Assembly: GCA_964414595.1 (NCBI GenBank)
Contig: CAYPXJ010000002.1
Location: 22,328-86,327, forward strand
Direction: 5' to 3'
Origin: an uncultured Rickettsiales bacterium
Lineage (GTDB): Bacteria > Pseudomonadota > Alphaproteobacteria > Rickettsiales > CAIJLX01
Length of the DNA: 64,000 bases
Part shown: piece by piece, positions 47,641 to 56,105 of the stretch
Layout of the letters: every line of letters starts with the position of its first letter
Position numbering within the stretch: position 1 is the first letter of the stretch
Notes under the pieces: model-generated
Told to the model about the DNA's origin: nothing
The model's database searches: none
What the model saw: only the letters and a program-made list of their open reading frames with translations
Program-made: the position numbers and the translations under genes

Positions 47641-49620
47641 CTAGAAGTTAACCCGAACCTGTCCGTACACGGCGCGCTCCAATTCCGACTGTAACAGAAC
47701 AGGAATCGGCGCGAATTCCGGATGGCTGTCATCCAAGAGATTCTGCCCGACTAAACTGACTTCAAGATTATCTGTCGCTTGCCAGGCGATACGGGTATCA
47801 AAGCGGACATAATTAGGTATGTTGATAGAGGAAAGATTGTCCACGTAGTACACCATATTATCCATCTCGACATTGTAAGGCAGAATGAGGTGAGAACGCA
47901 GATTAAACTGGTGCTGGGGCGACCGGCCTTCCTCCTTCACCAGTTCCGTATCGGTGCTGAAAGAAGGAATATCGGTATCAATGGTAAGGAACGTATATCC
48001 GCCCGTCAGTTGCCAATTCGTTGTCACATCCCATGAGGCCGATAACTCAATCCCGTAACTGCTGGCCTCACCGTAATTATGCACCACCAGAGGAACTGCC
48101 GTTGTGCCAAAAGGCGCACCTATTTCAAACGTGCGCAGACTGTCATAGTCGTTATAGAAAGTCGTTATATCGAAAAGCGTGTCTATCGTGGGGCGGATAC
48201 GGTAGCCAAGTTCATATGCAATCAACTCTTCCGAATCGAAATCGCGGCTGCCGACCAATGAGATAAAACCAGTATTCGGTATAGCGCCGACAATCTGAAC
48301 AATATCGTCTTCCGACCGGCTGGGCACACGCACGGCGCGCGATACCGAGCCCCAGACCGTCTGTATATCGTCGGGATACCAAGCCAGTCTTGCCGATGGC
48401 TGGAATTCAGCACCGGTATAATCGTTAGACTCCGCTTTCGTTCCAACCGTCAGATATAATTGATTCTGAATAAGAGCGATTTTATCCTGAATGAACGCAC
48501 TCAAAATATCGTCCGTGCGATTGGTGGGATCGAAAAGGAAATATTGGCGGGCGGGCTCATCCTGATCAACCAGACGATACCCTAACCCCCAGGTAATTTC
48601 GTTATAGTTATTCACCTCGAAAGAATGTTGGAAATCCACATCGAACGTGGAAACCCGTACCTGTGAAATATCGAAATTACGCTGAAAGTGATCGAAATAG
48701 GTTTGCAGCACGGTCTGCGATCCGTCATCGAAATTATGCGTCCAGCGGCTAAGAATATTGCCTCCGCGCAGTATATTGTCATCGACCGTCGGGTCAAAGA
48801 ACGGCGGCGTAGTGACGGGTAAGAAACTGGTACGGTCATCCTGCCCCTGATAGTAATCCCCCTGTACCGTCACTGCATCGCTCGGTGTGGTGTACCAATC
48901 GACGCGGAAGCCGGTTTGCCAGCGATCCCATCTATCATTGACGTCGCCACCCATTGCCGCATCGGTGCTGTTGCGTTCAAATGCTTTTGCGTACATGCGG
49001 TAATACGCATCTTTGCCAAGCTTGCCGCCATTTCTTGCACGCATTTCTTTTTCTTCGCTACCGGCAAGAAATGTCACAAGGTTTCCTTGCGTATTCACCG
49101 CTTCTTCCGTGATGATGTTGATCACGCCGTTGACGGCGTTCGCACCCCAAAGCGTACCGCCCGGCCCGCGCACGACTTCAATCTGCTTGATGTCGTCGAT
49201 ATTCACATCCACGGTATCCCAATCGACCCCGGAAAAGACCGGCGTATAAACGGTGCGCCCGTCAATCAACACCAATAATTTGTTTGCAATGTTATCATTG
49301 AAGCCACGCGAGGATATAGACCATCGCTCCGAACCGGCGCGGGCGACATTCAACCCCGGCGCAAGACGCAGCGCTTCGGCTACTGTCGTTGCACCCGACC
49401 GACGAATATCTTCGCGGGAAATAACGTACACCGCAGCGGCGGCGCGGAACGGGTCTTCGCCTTTTTTAGAAACGGTCGTAACTTCCGTATTGAGTAATTC
49501 CTGTAAGCGGGAAAGGTCTTTGGGTCTGTCCTGTGCATAGGCACCGGACGAATATGCAACACACGCCGCGACGATGGCTGCACTATATTTAAGTTCCCTC
49601 AGACTTGCAAAAACCTTCAT
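47641..49620 (-). CDS. TonB-dependent outer-membrane receptor
   Basis: Signal peptide, plug domain (VSKKGEDPFRAAAAVYVISREDIRRSGATTVAEALRLAPG), beta-barrel, C-terminal ...QVRVNF. Confidence 0.9.
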   Translation of the reverse strand: MKVFASLRELKYSAAIVAACVAYSSGAYAQDRPKDLSRLQELLNTEVTTVSKKGEDPFRAAAAVYVISREDIRRSGATTVAEALRLAPGLNVARAGSERWSISSRGFNDNIANKLLVLIDGRTVYTPVFSGVDWDTVDVNIDDIKQIEVVRGPGGTLWGANAVNGVINIITEEAVNTQGNLVTFLAGSEEKEMRARNGGKLGKDAYYRMYAKAFERNSTDAAMGGDVNDRWDRWQTGFRVDWYTTPSDAVTVQGDYYQGQDDRTSFLPVTTPPFFDPTVDDNILRGGNILSRWTHNFDDGSQTVLQTYFDHFQRNFDISQVRVSTFDVDFQHSFEVNNYNEITWGLGYRLVDQDEPARQYFLFDPTNRTDDILSAFIQDKIALIQNQLYLTVGTKAESNDYTGAEFQPSARLAWYPDDIQTVWGSVSRAVRVPSRSEDDIVQIVGAIPNTGFISLVGSRDFDSEELIAYELGYRIRPTIDTLFDITTFYNDYDSLRTFEIGAPFGTTAVPLVVHNYGEASSYGIELSASWDVTTNWQLTGGYTFLTIDTDIPSFSTDTELVKEEGRSPQHQFNLRSHLILPYNVEMDNMVYYVDNLSSINIPNYVRFDTRIAWQATDNLEVSLVGQNLLDDSHPEFAPIPVLLQSELERAVYGQVRVNF

Positions 49621-49691
49621 ATATTAGGCTTTTATTCCCTCGGCTCAGTATATGCGGCATATGAACAACATTCAACTATCAATATGCCGAC

Positions 49692-51359
49692 CTACTTAAT
49701 CCCATAATGATTAGGAGAAAAAATGCTGAAAGGGTCTAGGGCTTTCTTAATTTTTTTCAGCAGACCGTTATATTCTTTGTTGGCCGTGATACAGCCCTCT
49801 CGCATGGATTGAGTACCGAGGCGGTAGAGATGGTAGCCGCTTTCTTCAAGTTGATCTTTCATTGCGTTATAGCACTGCATGGCACGACGTTCCTGTGAAG
49901 ATTCATCACGGTCATAGATAATTGCCGCAGTAAACGCGACGACCCGCTCCGATAAAAAATTCATCCCCAGATTAGGTTCCAACTCATGTTGTTGGTATGT
50001 TCGCTTCATAATATCCAGTGCTTTCGCTATATCTTCTCCCTGAAACGGCACCAACGGCGAACACCAGATGACGCCGCAATGATCGCGATCTAAATCCATC
50101 GTTTCCGGCACTTTGCTTTCCTTGCGGAAATAACACATGGCAACCTGTCTGGTTAGCGGCTTACCCAAGTAAAGCGAATTGAAATGAAAGTAAGCCAGAA
50201 ACCCTAAATCTATGCCGGTAAGCCACTGGATAGGTTTCGTGACCGCATAAATCAGCTTTGCTTTTGCGTTATTCATAAAAAGAAGATGTCGCACATGCGG
50301 GCCAAGAATCTGCTTGATTCTTTTCCTGCGGGATTTGCCAATGTCCTTGGTCGCCGAAAGAATCGCATCGTCGCCTACCCACTGCGCTTCGGCCAGTTCT
50401 TTCCTCACCGTTGCCAGCTTTTTTTCTGGCAGGACTTTATCCGCCGGACACTCCTGAAAAGGAAATTGCTGCTTAATGGCATAAATACGATAATCGTTCG
50501 ACAAAGTGGAGGTCGTCGTAATCGTCCCCTCCTGTCGAAGTTGGCGCAGTGCTTCAACCACATTGGGAATCTGCTCGTCGCTTTTAACCGTATAGTAGAA
50601 GGTCTGAAAATCGCCCGGCTTGGGTTGCAGCCAGAACGTCATGCGCGTAACGATGCCGAAATTCGACTGCGAGAAAATTCCATCCAGCGTTGGCCCCACA
50701 CCATAACGGGATAATTTGGAGAGAAAATTCTCTCCACGGTTGCCAAAACTCGTATGAATCAAACTCCCGTCCGGCAATACGACTTCCATATTGCACGCAT
50801 GATGAAAACGGTCGCCATATACGCCCTTTCCTATCCCGCGTTCCAGTGCATTGCCTATAACGCTTGCATCCGGCACTGCACCGACCGCCGGTGCCAACCA
50901 GTTCGCATTCCGTGATTCAAGATATTCATACACCTGCGCAAACGTCACGCCCGGCTCCACCGTCAACGTTCCCATCTTCGCATCGAAATCGACAATCTGG
51001 TTCATTTGTTCCAGCGAAATCAGCGTACAATTATCCTCCGCCGGAACTCGTGATCCATAGCCCCAATTCTTTCCTCTACTTATTGGATAAAGTGGCTCCC
51101 GAAATTCGACCGCAATACGCACAACCGACTGCACCTGTTTAGCCGATTGCGGGTATAGGATAGCCTGAATTCTCGCCTCGGTAGAATATGTGGCCTGTAC
51201 TGCCTCCCCTAATCGGGAAGGATCGGTGATTACCCGATCGTGCCCCAAAATAGCCTGCCAAGCCTGAATCGCTGCTTTCATACCGTATCCATACGCAGTT
51301 AGATTAGTCTTTTTTAGGCCATTTGCAAACTCCCCGCTAGAATGAATCCCGCCGATCAT
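49692..51359 (-). CDS. FAD-binding oxidoreductase (VAO/PCMH-type, FAD_binding_4)
   Basis: PISRGKNWGYGS and the PCMH-type FAD-binding region. 555 aa. GGAG RBS before ATG 51359. Confidence 0.75.
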   Translation of the reverse strand: MIGGIHSSGEFANGLKKTNLTAYGYGMKAAIQAWQAILGHDRVITDPSRLGEAVQATYSTEARIQAILYPQSAKQVQSVVRIAVEFREPLYPISRGKNWGYGSRVPAEDNCTLISLEQMNQIVDFDAKMGTLTVEPGVTFAQVYEYLESRNANWLAPAVGAVPDASVIGNALERGIGKGVYGDRFHHACNMEVVLPDGSLIHTSFGNRGENFLSKLSRYGVGPTLDGIFSQSNFGIVTRMTFWLQPKPGDFQTFYYTVKSDEQIPNVVEALRQLRQEGTITTTSTLSNDYRIYAIKQQFPFQECPADKVLPEKKLATVRKELAEAQWVGDDAILSATKDIGKSRRKRIKQILGPHVRHLLFMNNAKAKLIYAVTKPIQWLTGIDLGFLAYFHFNSLYLGKPLTRQVAMCYFRKESKVPETMDLDRDHCGVIWCSPLVPFQGEDIAKALDIMKRTYQQHELEPNLGMNFLSERVVAFTAAIIYDRDESSQERRAMQCYNAMKDQLEESGYHLYRLGTQSMREGCITANKEYNGLLKKIKKALDPFSIFSPNHYGIK

Positions 51360-51385
51360 GTAATCTCCAGGTTGTAGGTAATGCT

Positions 51386-51943
51386 ATGTTCCGAAGGCTT
51401 TTTTGTATCAAATTTACGCTTCTTATCGGCCTCATAGCCTTCGCTCCCTTACCGGCCTCGGCACAATTCGATTCGGAGAGCGAACTCGTCGCAAACTGGG
51501 TATATAACCTGATTCCCTACATCAAATGGCCGGGAAATAAACACCACGAGATCACCGTCTGCACAGTAGGCCCCACGCCTATTATGAATAATTATCTGGA
51601 AGAATTGATCGAAAAGGAAAAAAAGCAGGCTGCACGGCAAGGTAGAAAATTGCCGCCCACTTACGTTCGCCAGAAAAACCCGATCAGCGACTTCAAAGAT
51701 TGCGACATACTTTTTATTGCCCCCTCGGAACGCGACATTGTGGATGATCTTTTCTATCGCGTTCGCAGCAACCCCGTACTCACTGTCAGCACACTGAGCG
51801 ATTTCGCCGCCAAGGGAGGGATGATAGAATTCTCGGTGCAAAAAAACGAGCGCGTTAAACTATTCATCAATGCGACTATAGCGCAGAATGCCGGACTCGT
51901 TATCGACGGCGATCTTCTGGGCATTGCCCAATCGGTGCGGTAG
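51386..51943 (+). CDS. YfiR-family (DUF4154) periplasmic protein
   Basis: Signal peptide, ELVANWVYNLIPYIKWP, TLSDFAAKGGMIEF, VKLFINATIAQNAGLVI. Confidence 0.7.
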   Translation: MFRRLFCIKFTLLIGLIAFAPLPASAQFDSESELVANWVYNLIPYIKWPGNKHHEITVCTVGPTPIMNNYLEELIEKEKKQAARQGRKLPPTYVRQKNPISDFKDCDILFIAPSERDIVDDLFYRVRSNPVLTVSTLSDFAAKGGMIEFSVQKNERVKLFINATIAQNAGLVIDGDLLGIAQSVR

Positions 51944-52135
51944 GAAAACAAAAGCGGATTCTGCTTAATAAACAACACTATAGCACTCTTGTTCTCGCTG
52001 CATAGATATACTCGTTTCCCTAAACTAATTTACATTTTGGAATTTATAAATATACTAACGACTAAATACCATATGTAGTCTAGGTGTAGCATTTAAGCTC
52101 TATATTTAGAGAATAACGGGAGGGAGGCTACTTGT

Positions 52136-52393
52136 ATGAGCGAAGCTGTGGAAGTTGCGGACTTAGCCGTAAAGAACTATGTCCATGAAGCTCAAGAAAG
52201 CTTCAACAAACTAATAATGGTTAAGTATACGAATTGGCGCGGAGAAACAAGCCTACGTAAAATTTTACCTATAAGAATATGGTATGGTGCTACAGAATGG
52301 CATCCTCAAAGCCAGTGGTTTATGGATGCATACGATACTGATAAAGAGGCACTTCGTTCTTTTGCATTAAAAGATATAGAAAAAATTTCATAG
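52136..52393 (+). CDS. small WYL-like beta-barrel protein (85 aa)
   Basis: IMVKYTNWRGETSLRKILPIRIWYG...QWFMDAYDTDKEALRSFALKDI follows the WYL-domain pattern (Y..rGe..R.i.P......W.l.a.d.....R.F.l..I). GGGAGG RBS. Confidence 0.55.
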   Translation: MSEAVEVADLAVKNYVHEAQESFNKLIMVKYTNWRGETSLRKILPIRIWYGATEWHPQSQWFMDAYDTDKEALRSFALKDIEKIS

Positions 52394-52398
52394 ACAGA

Positions 52399-53304
52399 AT
52401 GTCTGACAAAGAAGCAGTAATTAAAGAGCATTGCGGCGAGAAAGCCTTGGAATATGTAAAGCATAAGTCCAAGGGTGGAGAAAGTAATCGCAAGGGTAAT
52501 AGATACGAAGATTTCTTCGTCGTATATAAAATATGTGAACTCGCCCCTAGGGTTCTAGAAAAAGGTGAAGAAATACTTTTTACTTCTCAAGAGACTTTGG
52601 GGTTTGTAGATGATTTAGTCATAGTTGCAAATGACAACAACTATGATCACTATCAACTAAAAGATTCCGCCAATGTGTCATGGGGTGTGGGCGAAACATC
52701 TTTAGCGCAAAATTTTGAGTGGCAATTTATCACTAATGATAAGCTTGGCTATGACACATCTTTGTCGTTGGTCGTTTCTGATTCTGAATTAAGAGACAGG
52801 TTAGAACAAAAAAAACCTTCAGAAATTACTGTCTATACGAATGTGGTGTTTTTCCCTTCTACGGAGAGTATGACACAGATTATTAGTAGTGATAAAAACT
52901 TTAGCGAAAAAATCCAATACCTGTGCGCCAATAAAGATTTCTCAATCGATAAAATGGAGTGTGTGGCTGCTGTAATTTTAGGGGCATGGTGCGCAAATGG
53001 TCAGAAGAAAGTTTCTTTAAGAGAGCTATTGAAACGTGCAAAAGAGGCGGCTAATCCCTCTTATATACGGGCTTTGGAACCAGTTGAGCCAATACCAGCC
53101 GATGTAGAAGATATACTTCGAGCTGTACCAGGATTTTCCTATTGGGTTGAGAAAGGCCTATTTTATTGGTCATATAAAGATGGATTAGACTCTGGAAATC
53201 TACTGTACACTTGTGATAATGCTAGCTTCAAAGAATTTCTAGAGCACATAAGGCACACTAAACCCAAAGATTTTGATGCCATAGAGGCGCTTCTATATGA
53301 GTAG
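52399..53304 (+). CDS. Cap4/DUF4297-like PD-(D/E)xK nuclease-domain protein with an unknown C-terminal domain
   Basis: KGGESNRKGNRYEDFFVVYKI then SQETLGFVDDLVIV...YDHYQLKD (E65, D71/72, Q86-x-K88). 301 aa. 5-nt gap upstream and 8-nt overlap downstream. Confidence 0.55.
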   Translation: MSDKEAVIKEHCGEKALEYVKHKSKGGESNRKGNRYEDFFVVYKICELAPRVLEKGEEILFTSQETLGFVDDLVIVANDNNYDHYQLKDSANVSWGVGETSLAQNFEWQFITNDKLGYDTSLSLVVSDSELRDRLEQKKPSEITVYTNVVFFPSTESMTQIISSDKNFSEKIQYLCANKDFSIDKMECVAAVILGAWCANGQKKVSLRELLKRAKEAANPSYIRALEPVEPIPADVEDILRAVPGFSYWVEKGLFYWSYKDGLDSGNLLYTCDNASFKEFLEHIRHTKPKDFDAIEALLYE

Positions 53305-53983
53305 AAACTACACACAATTAGCAGATAAAAAAACTAGGGAATACCTAGAGGCACTTGCAGATAAAAAATGCTCAGTAGATAGTTACAAAGATTTGCTATT
53401 AAAATTAGGTGAGAAATTAGGTAAAGCCTTAGACAGCGAAATCCCCAAAGATTTTAAAGACTTATATGTAGCGTGTACGGTAGAGGATGCAGATTTTCTG
53501 GCTAAGGGCATAATAGAGAAATTACAAACGTCACATAAAATTTCGTTTGCATGTTTCTGGAACCAACGGTTTTCACCTTTTGACTTGGCTAATCTAAAAG
53601 TTGCCCCCATTATTCGACGGTACAAAGAAAAATCTTCGGCCCCTGTCAAAGCATTAGTAATTATAAAGTCCATTATATCAGGAGCATGTGTTGTAAGAAC
53701 AAATTTAACCGATCTCATACAAGACTCTATGCCGGAAAAAATCTATGTGGTGGCTCCTGTAATTTACTCGGAATCAAAAGAAAAACTTGAGGCAGGATTC
53801 GATAAAAACATTTCAGAAAAATTTGAATACATTTACTTCGCCGAAGATGACAAACGGGATGAAGAGGGTAACGTAATCCCAGGAATAGGTGGAGATATAT
53901 ACGTTAGGTTAGGTTTTGCAGACTCTAAAAGCAAAAATAAGTACATTCCTGATATAGTAAAAAAACGCAGAATAGCCGCATAA
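53297..53983 (+). CDS. uracil-phosphoribosyltransferase-like (PRTase fold) protein with a degenerate PRPP motif
   Basis: C-terminal VIPGIGGDIYVRLGF parallels UPRTase vPGLGDaGDRlFG. The expected acidic PRPP loop reads ALVIIKSIISGACV (no Asp/Glu pair). 228 aa. Confidence 0.5.
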   Translation: MSRNYTQLADKKTREYLEALADKKCSVDSYKDLLLKLGEKLGKALDSEIPKDFKDLYVACTVEDADFLAKGIIEKLQTSHKISFACFWNQRFSPFDLANLKVAPIIRRYKEKSSAPVKALVIIKSIISGACVVRTNLTDLIQDSMPEKIYVVAPVIYSESKEKLEAGFDKNISEKFEYIYFAEDDKRDEEGNVIPGIGGDIYVRLGFADSKSKNKYIPDIVKKRRIAA

Positions 53984-53996
53984 GCGCGTAAAAAAT

Positions 53997-54875
53997 TTAG
54001 TCTATTTCTTGGTTCTGATACCCATGCAGGTAATCCGCCGCTTTTTGCGCATGGCTGGCTGCCGTGAAAATCGCACGTTTGTCGTCTTTCAGCACTTTCA
54101 GCCACGAAGCAACGTAGGCTGCGTGATCCTCGCGCGTCTCCGGCGTGATACCGAGGTCGGCGCAAAGAAACGCCGCGCCGATTTCTGCCACGAGTTCTTC
54201 CATTGCATAACCGGCGTCGCCGAAGCGTTTACCGCCAAGCTCGCGGTCGAGGCGTGATTTATGCGACGTCCAGTGCGTCATCTCGTGAGCAAGCGTTGCG
54301 TAATAGCTTTCGCTATCGCGGAACCGCTCTAACTGTGGCATTTGTACGATGTCCCTGGAAGGGCTGTAATAGGCTTTGTCGCCGCCGTGGTGAATACTGG
54401 CGGAGGTTGCGGCGAAGAATCGCTCTGCCTCTTCCATGCGCGCCACTTTCACCGGCGCAAGGTTCGGATAGAAATGTCCGGGCAGATTTTCTACCTGCTC
54501 GGCGTTGAACACCGTGTAACCTTTCATAAACGGGACGGTGGTTTCCACGTCTTCGCCTGCTTCGTCTTTTTCGCAGCGGGTGAACGTATCGGCATAAACG
54601 ACCAGCGAACCTTTCTGGCCTTTACGCACCTGGCCGCCAAACTCTGCGGCCTGCCTGTAGGTCATCCAGAACGGGCTGTGAAAACCGGCTTCGATTGCAG
54701 ATGCCCAAAGCATCAGGATATTAATGCCCCGGTAGGGTTTTCCGGCAGCGCGAAGTGGACGACCGACCAGCCCATGCCCGGATTGCCAGGGCTTTATCCA
54801 GGTGAGATTGCCGCGTTCGAGATCGGCGATGATTTTGTTGGTAACTTTGCTGTAAACGTCAGGTTTTGCAGTCAT
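53997..54875 (-). CDS. ardC: ArdC-like antirestriction protein (ssDNA-binding N-domain plus zincin metalloprotease domain)
   Basis: I prefer the start at MTAKPDVYSKVTNKII (GGAG RBS). WIKPW, YRGINILML, HEMTHW (HExxH). Confidence 0.85.
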   Translation of the reverse strand: MTAKPDVYSKVTNKIIADLERGNLTWIKPWQSGHGLVGRPLRAAGKPYRGINILMLWASAIEAGFHSPFWMTYRQAAEFGGQVRKGQKGSLVVYADTFTRCEKDEAGEDVETTVPFMKGYTVFNAEQVENLPGHFYPNLAPVKVARMEEAERFFAATSASIHHGGDKAYYSPSRDIVQMPQLERFRDSESYYATLAHEMTHWTSHKSRLDRELGGKRFGDAGYAMEELVAEIGAAFLCADLGITPETREDHAAYVASWLKVLKDDKRAIFTAASHAQKAADYLHGYQNQEID

Positions 54876-54928
54876 AACGGCTCCATGAAATTTCTGGGCG
54901 GACACAAGGCCCGCCCAGAGGTTGCGGG

Positions 54929-55132
54929 CTATTGATTTTCGGATGCGACGCGAAGCGTGATCCGACCATCGAGCGGGATGGAATCAAGCTGGAGGCCGAA
55001 GCCTTTGCCGTCCTTATGCGCCCAGGCAGCGCCGATGCGCGTCCAGTAGGCTTTCGGGTTCCCTTCGCGCACCTGATACGCGATGTGGGTTGGCGCGTTG
55101 CCGTTGGTGGTTTGTGTTTCTGTATTGCTCAT
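54929..55132 (-). CDS. DUF736-like small protein
   Basis: I prefer the start at MSNTETQT (AGGAG RBS). Core RIGAAWAHKDGKGFGLQLDSIPLDGRITL. Typical neighbour of ardC on alphaproteobacterial elements. Confidence 0.6.
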   Translation of the reverse strand: MSNTETQTTNGNAPTHIAYQVREGNPKAYWTRIGAAWAHKDGKGFGLQLDSIPLDGRITLRVASENQ

Positions 55133-55478
55133 GTTCGTTCTCCTTTGTTTATAAGGATGCGGAAGTGCGTCCTTATGAGAGCGAAAAGAGGCCGCCTGAG
55201 ACGGGGCGAAGCGCACCGGTCAACCGAAACTCGGAGGCTCTACGCAGTGGAAACCGTGTTGGCAGGTTTACCGGCACGTCGGCGGCTTCAGCTTCTCATG
55301 CAAAGGACGTGAAAAAGCAGCGTGACATAACAAAAGAACGCACAGGGGAATCAGTCACTCCACCGGCGCAATGCAAAAACCGGGAGCGGGGAAAGGCGGA
55401 GAGTGTGGAACAAGCGGACTGGAGAGAATAGGAAGAAATCGGCTATAGAAAGTAATTGAGAAAACTCTGCGACATGGA

Positions 55479-55949
55479 CTAAAACTCAATATCCGCCGCC
55501 GCCCACCTTTCTTCCGGTGTCTTGAATATTTTTTTGGCAACCATATTGAGCCGTCTATCTTCCTCATGCGTGATTACGGCCACCTTCCACAAAGTTCCAC
55601 AATGGTTATCCATCCAATCCTGGGTGAGTTTGCCTTCTTGGTATGCTTCATATACCAGTCTTGCAAACCGGCGTCGGGGTGTGCCGTGTTCTACACGCAA
55701 GTATTGCCCATATTTTAGATTCGGATTAGCTTTCTTTGCAGCTAACGCCGCTTTTGACCATAGAGGATATTCATCTGCATAATCGGGGCTTAACTTGCCG
55801 ACAATTTTTTGTTTCGCATAATTATTTACTAAAAACTCTAAGTGACGAATTGCAAAATTTTCCGTCATCCTGGCGTGAAGCAATTCTTTCATTCCACGAC
55901 ATGCAATTTCGAGATGGAGAATCTTTACGGTATTAATGCTACTGGGCAT
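55479..55949 (-). CDS. hypothetical protein (start uncertain; ORF is open to 56042)
   Basis: AT-rich ORF between the DUF736 gene and int. No recognised motif. Candidate starts are M32/M51/M59 of the track ORF. Confidence 0.4.
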   Translation of the reverse strand: MPSSINTVKILHLEIACRGMKELLHARMTENFAIRHLEFLVNNYAKQKIVGKLSPDYADEYPLWSKAALAAKKANPNLKYGQYLRVEHGTPRRRFARLVYEAYQEGKLTQDWMDNHCGTLWKVAVITHEEDRRLNMVAKKIFKTPEERWAAADIEF

Positions 55950-56105
55950 GAAGATGCTTATATATCTTTGAAGTGAATTTCTGCAATAGGCACTGCATTG
56001 TCTGCTTCCAGACTGCTGGCGGTGCTTCCCGTCCAGCGCCAAAATGCCCCACGGGCTGGCTACTGGCGGCTCGGCAGGCTTCCCCTTGAGCCTGACGGGA
56101 TAAGG

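Noticed and set aside
52136-53983. A retron, given the PRTase-like gene
   Set aside because: No reverse-transcriptase ORF is in or near the cassette, and I could not see an msr/msd-like structured repeat in the 190-bp upstream gap.
51944-53996. Flanking repeats of the AT-rich cassette (gcggattctgc at its left edge vs gcagaatagccgc at its right edge)
   Set aside because: This is only an imperfect 11-13-nt inverted match. One copy lies inside the coding end of the PRTase-like gene, which is consistent with chance.
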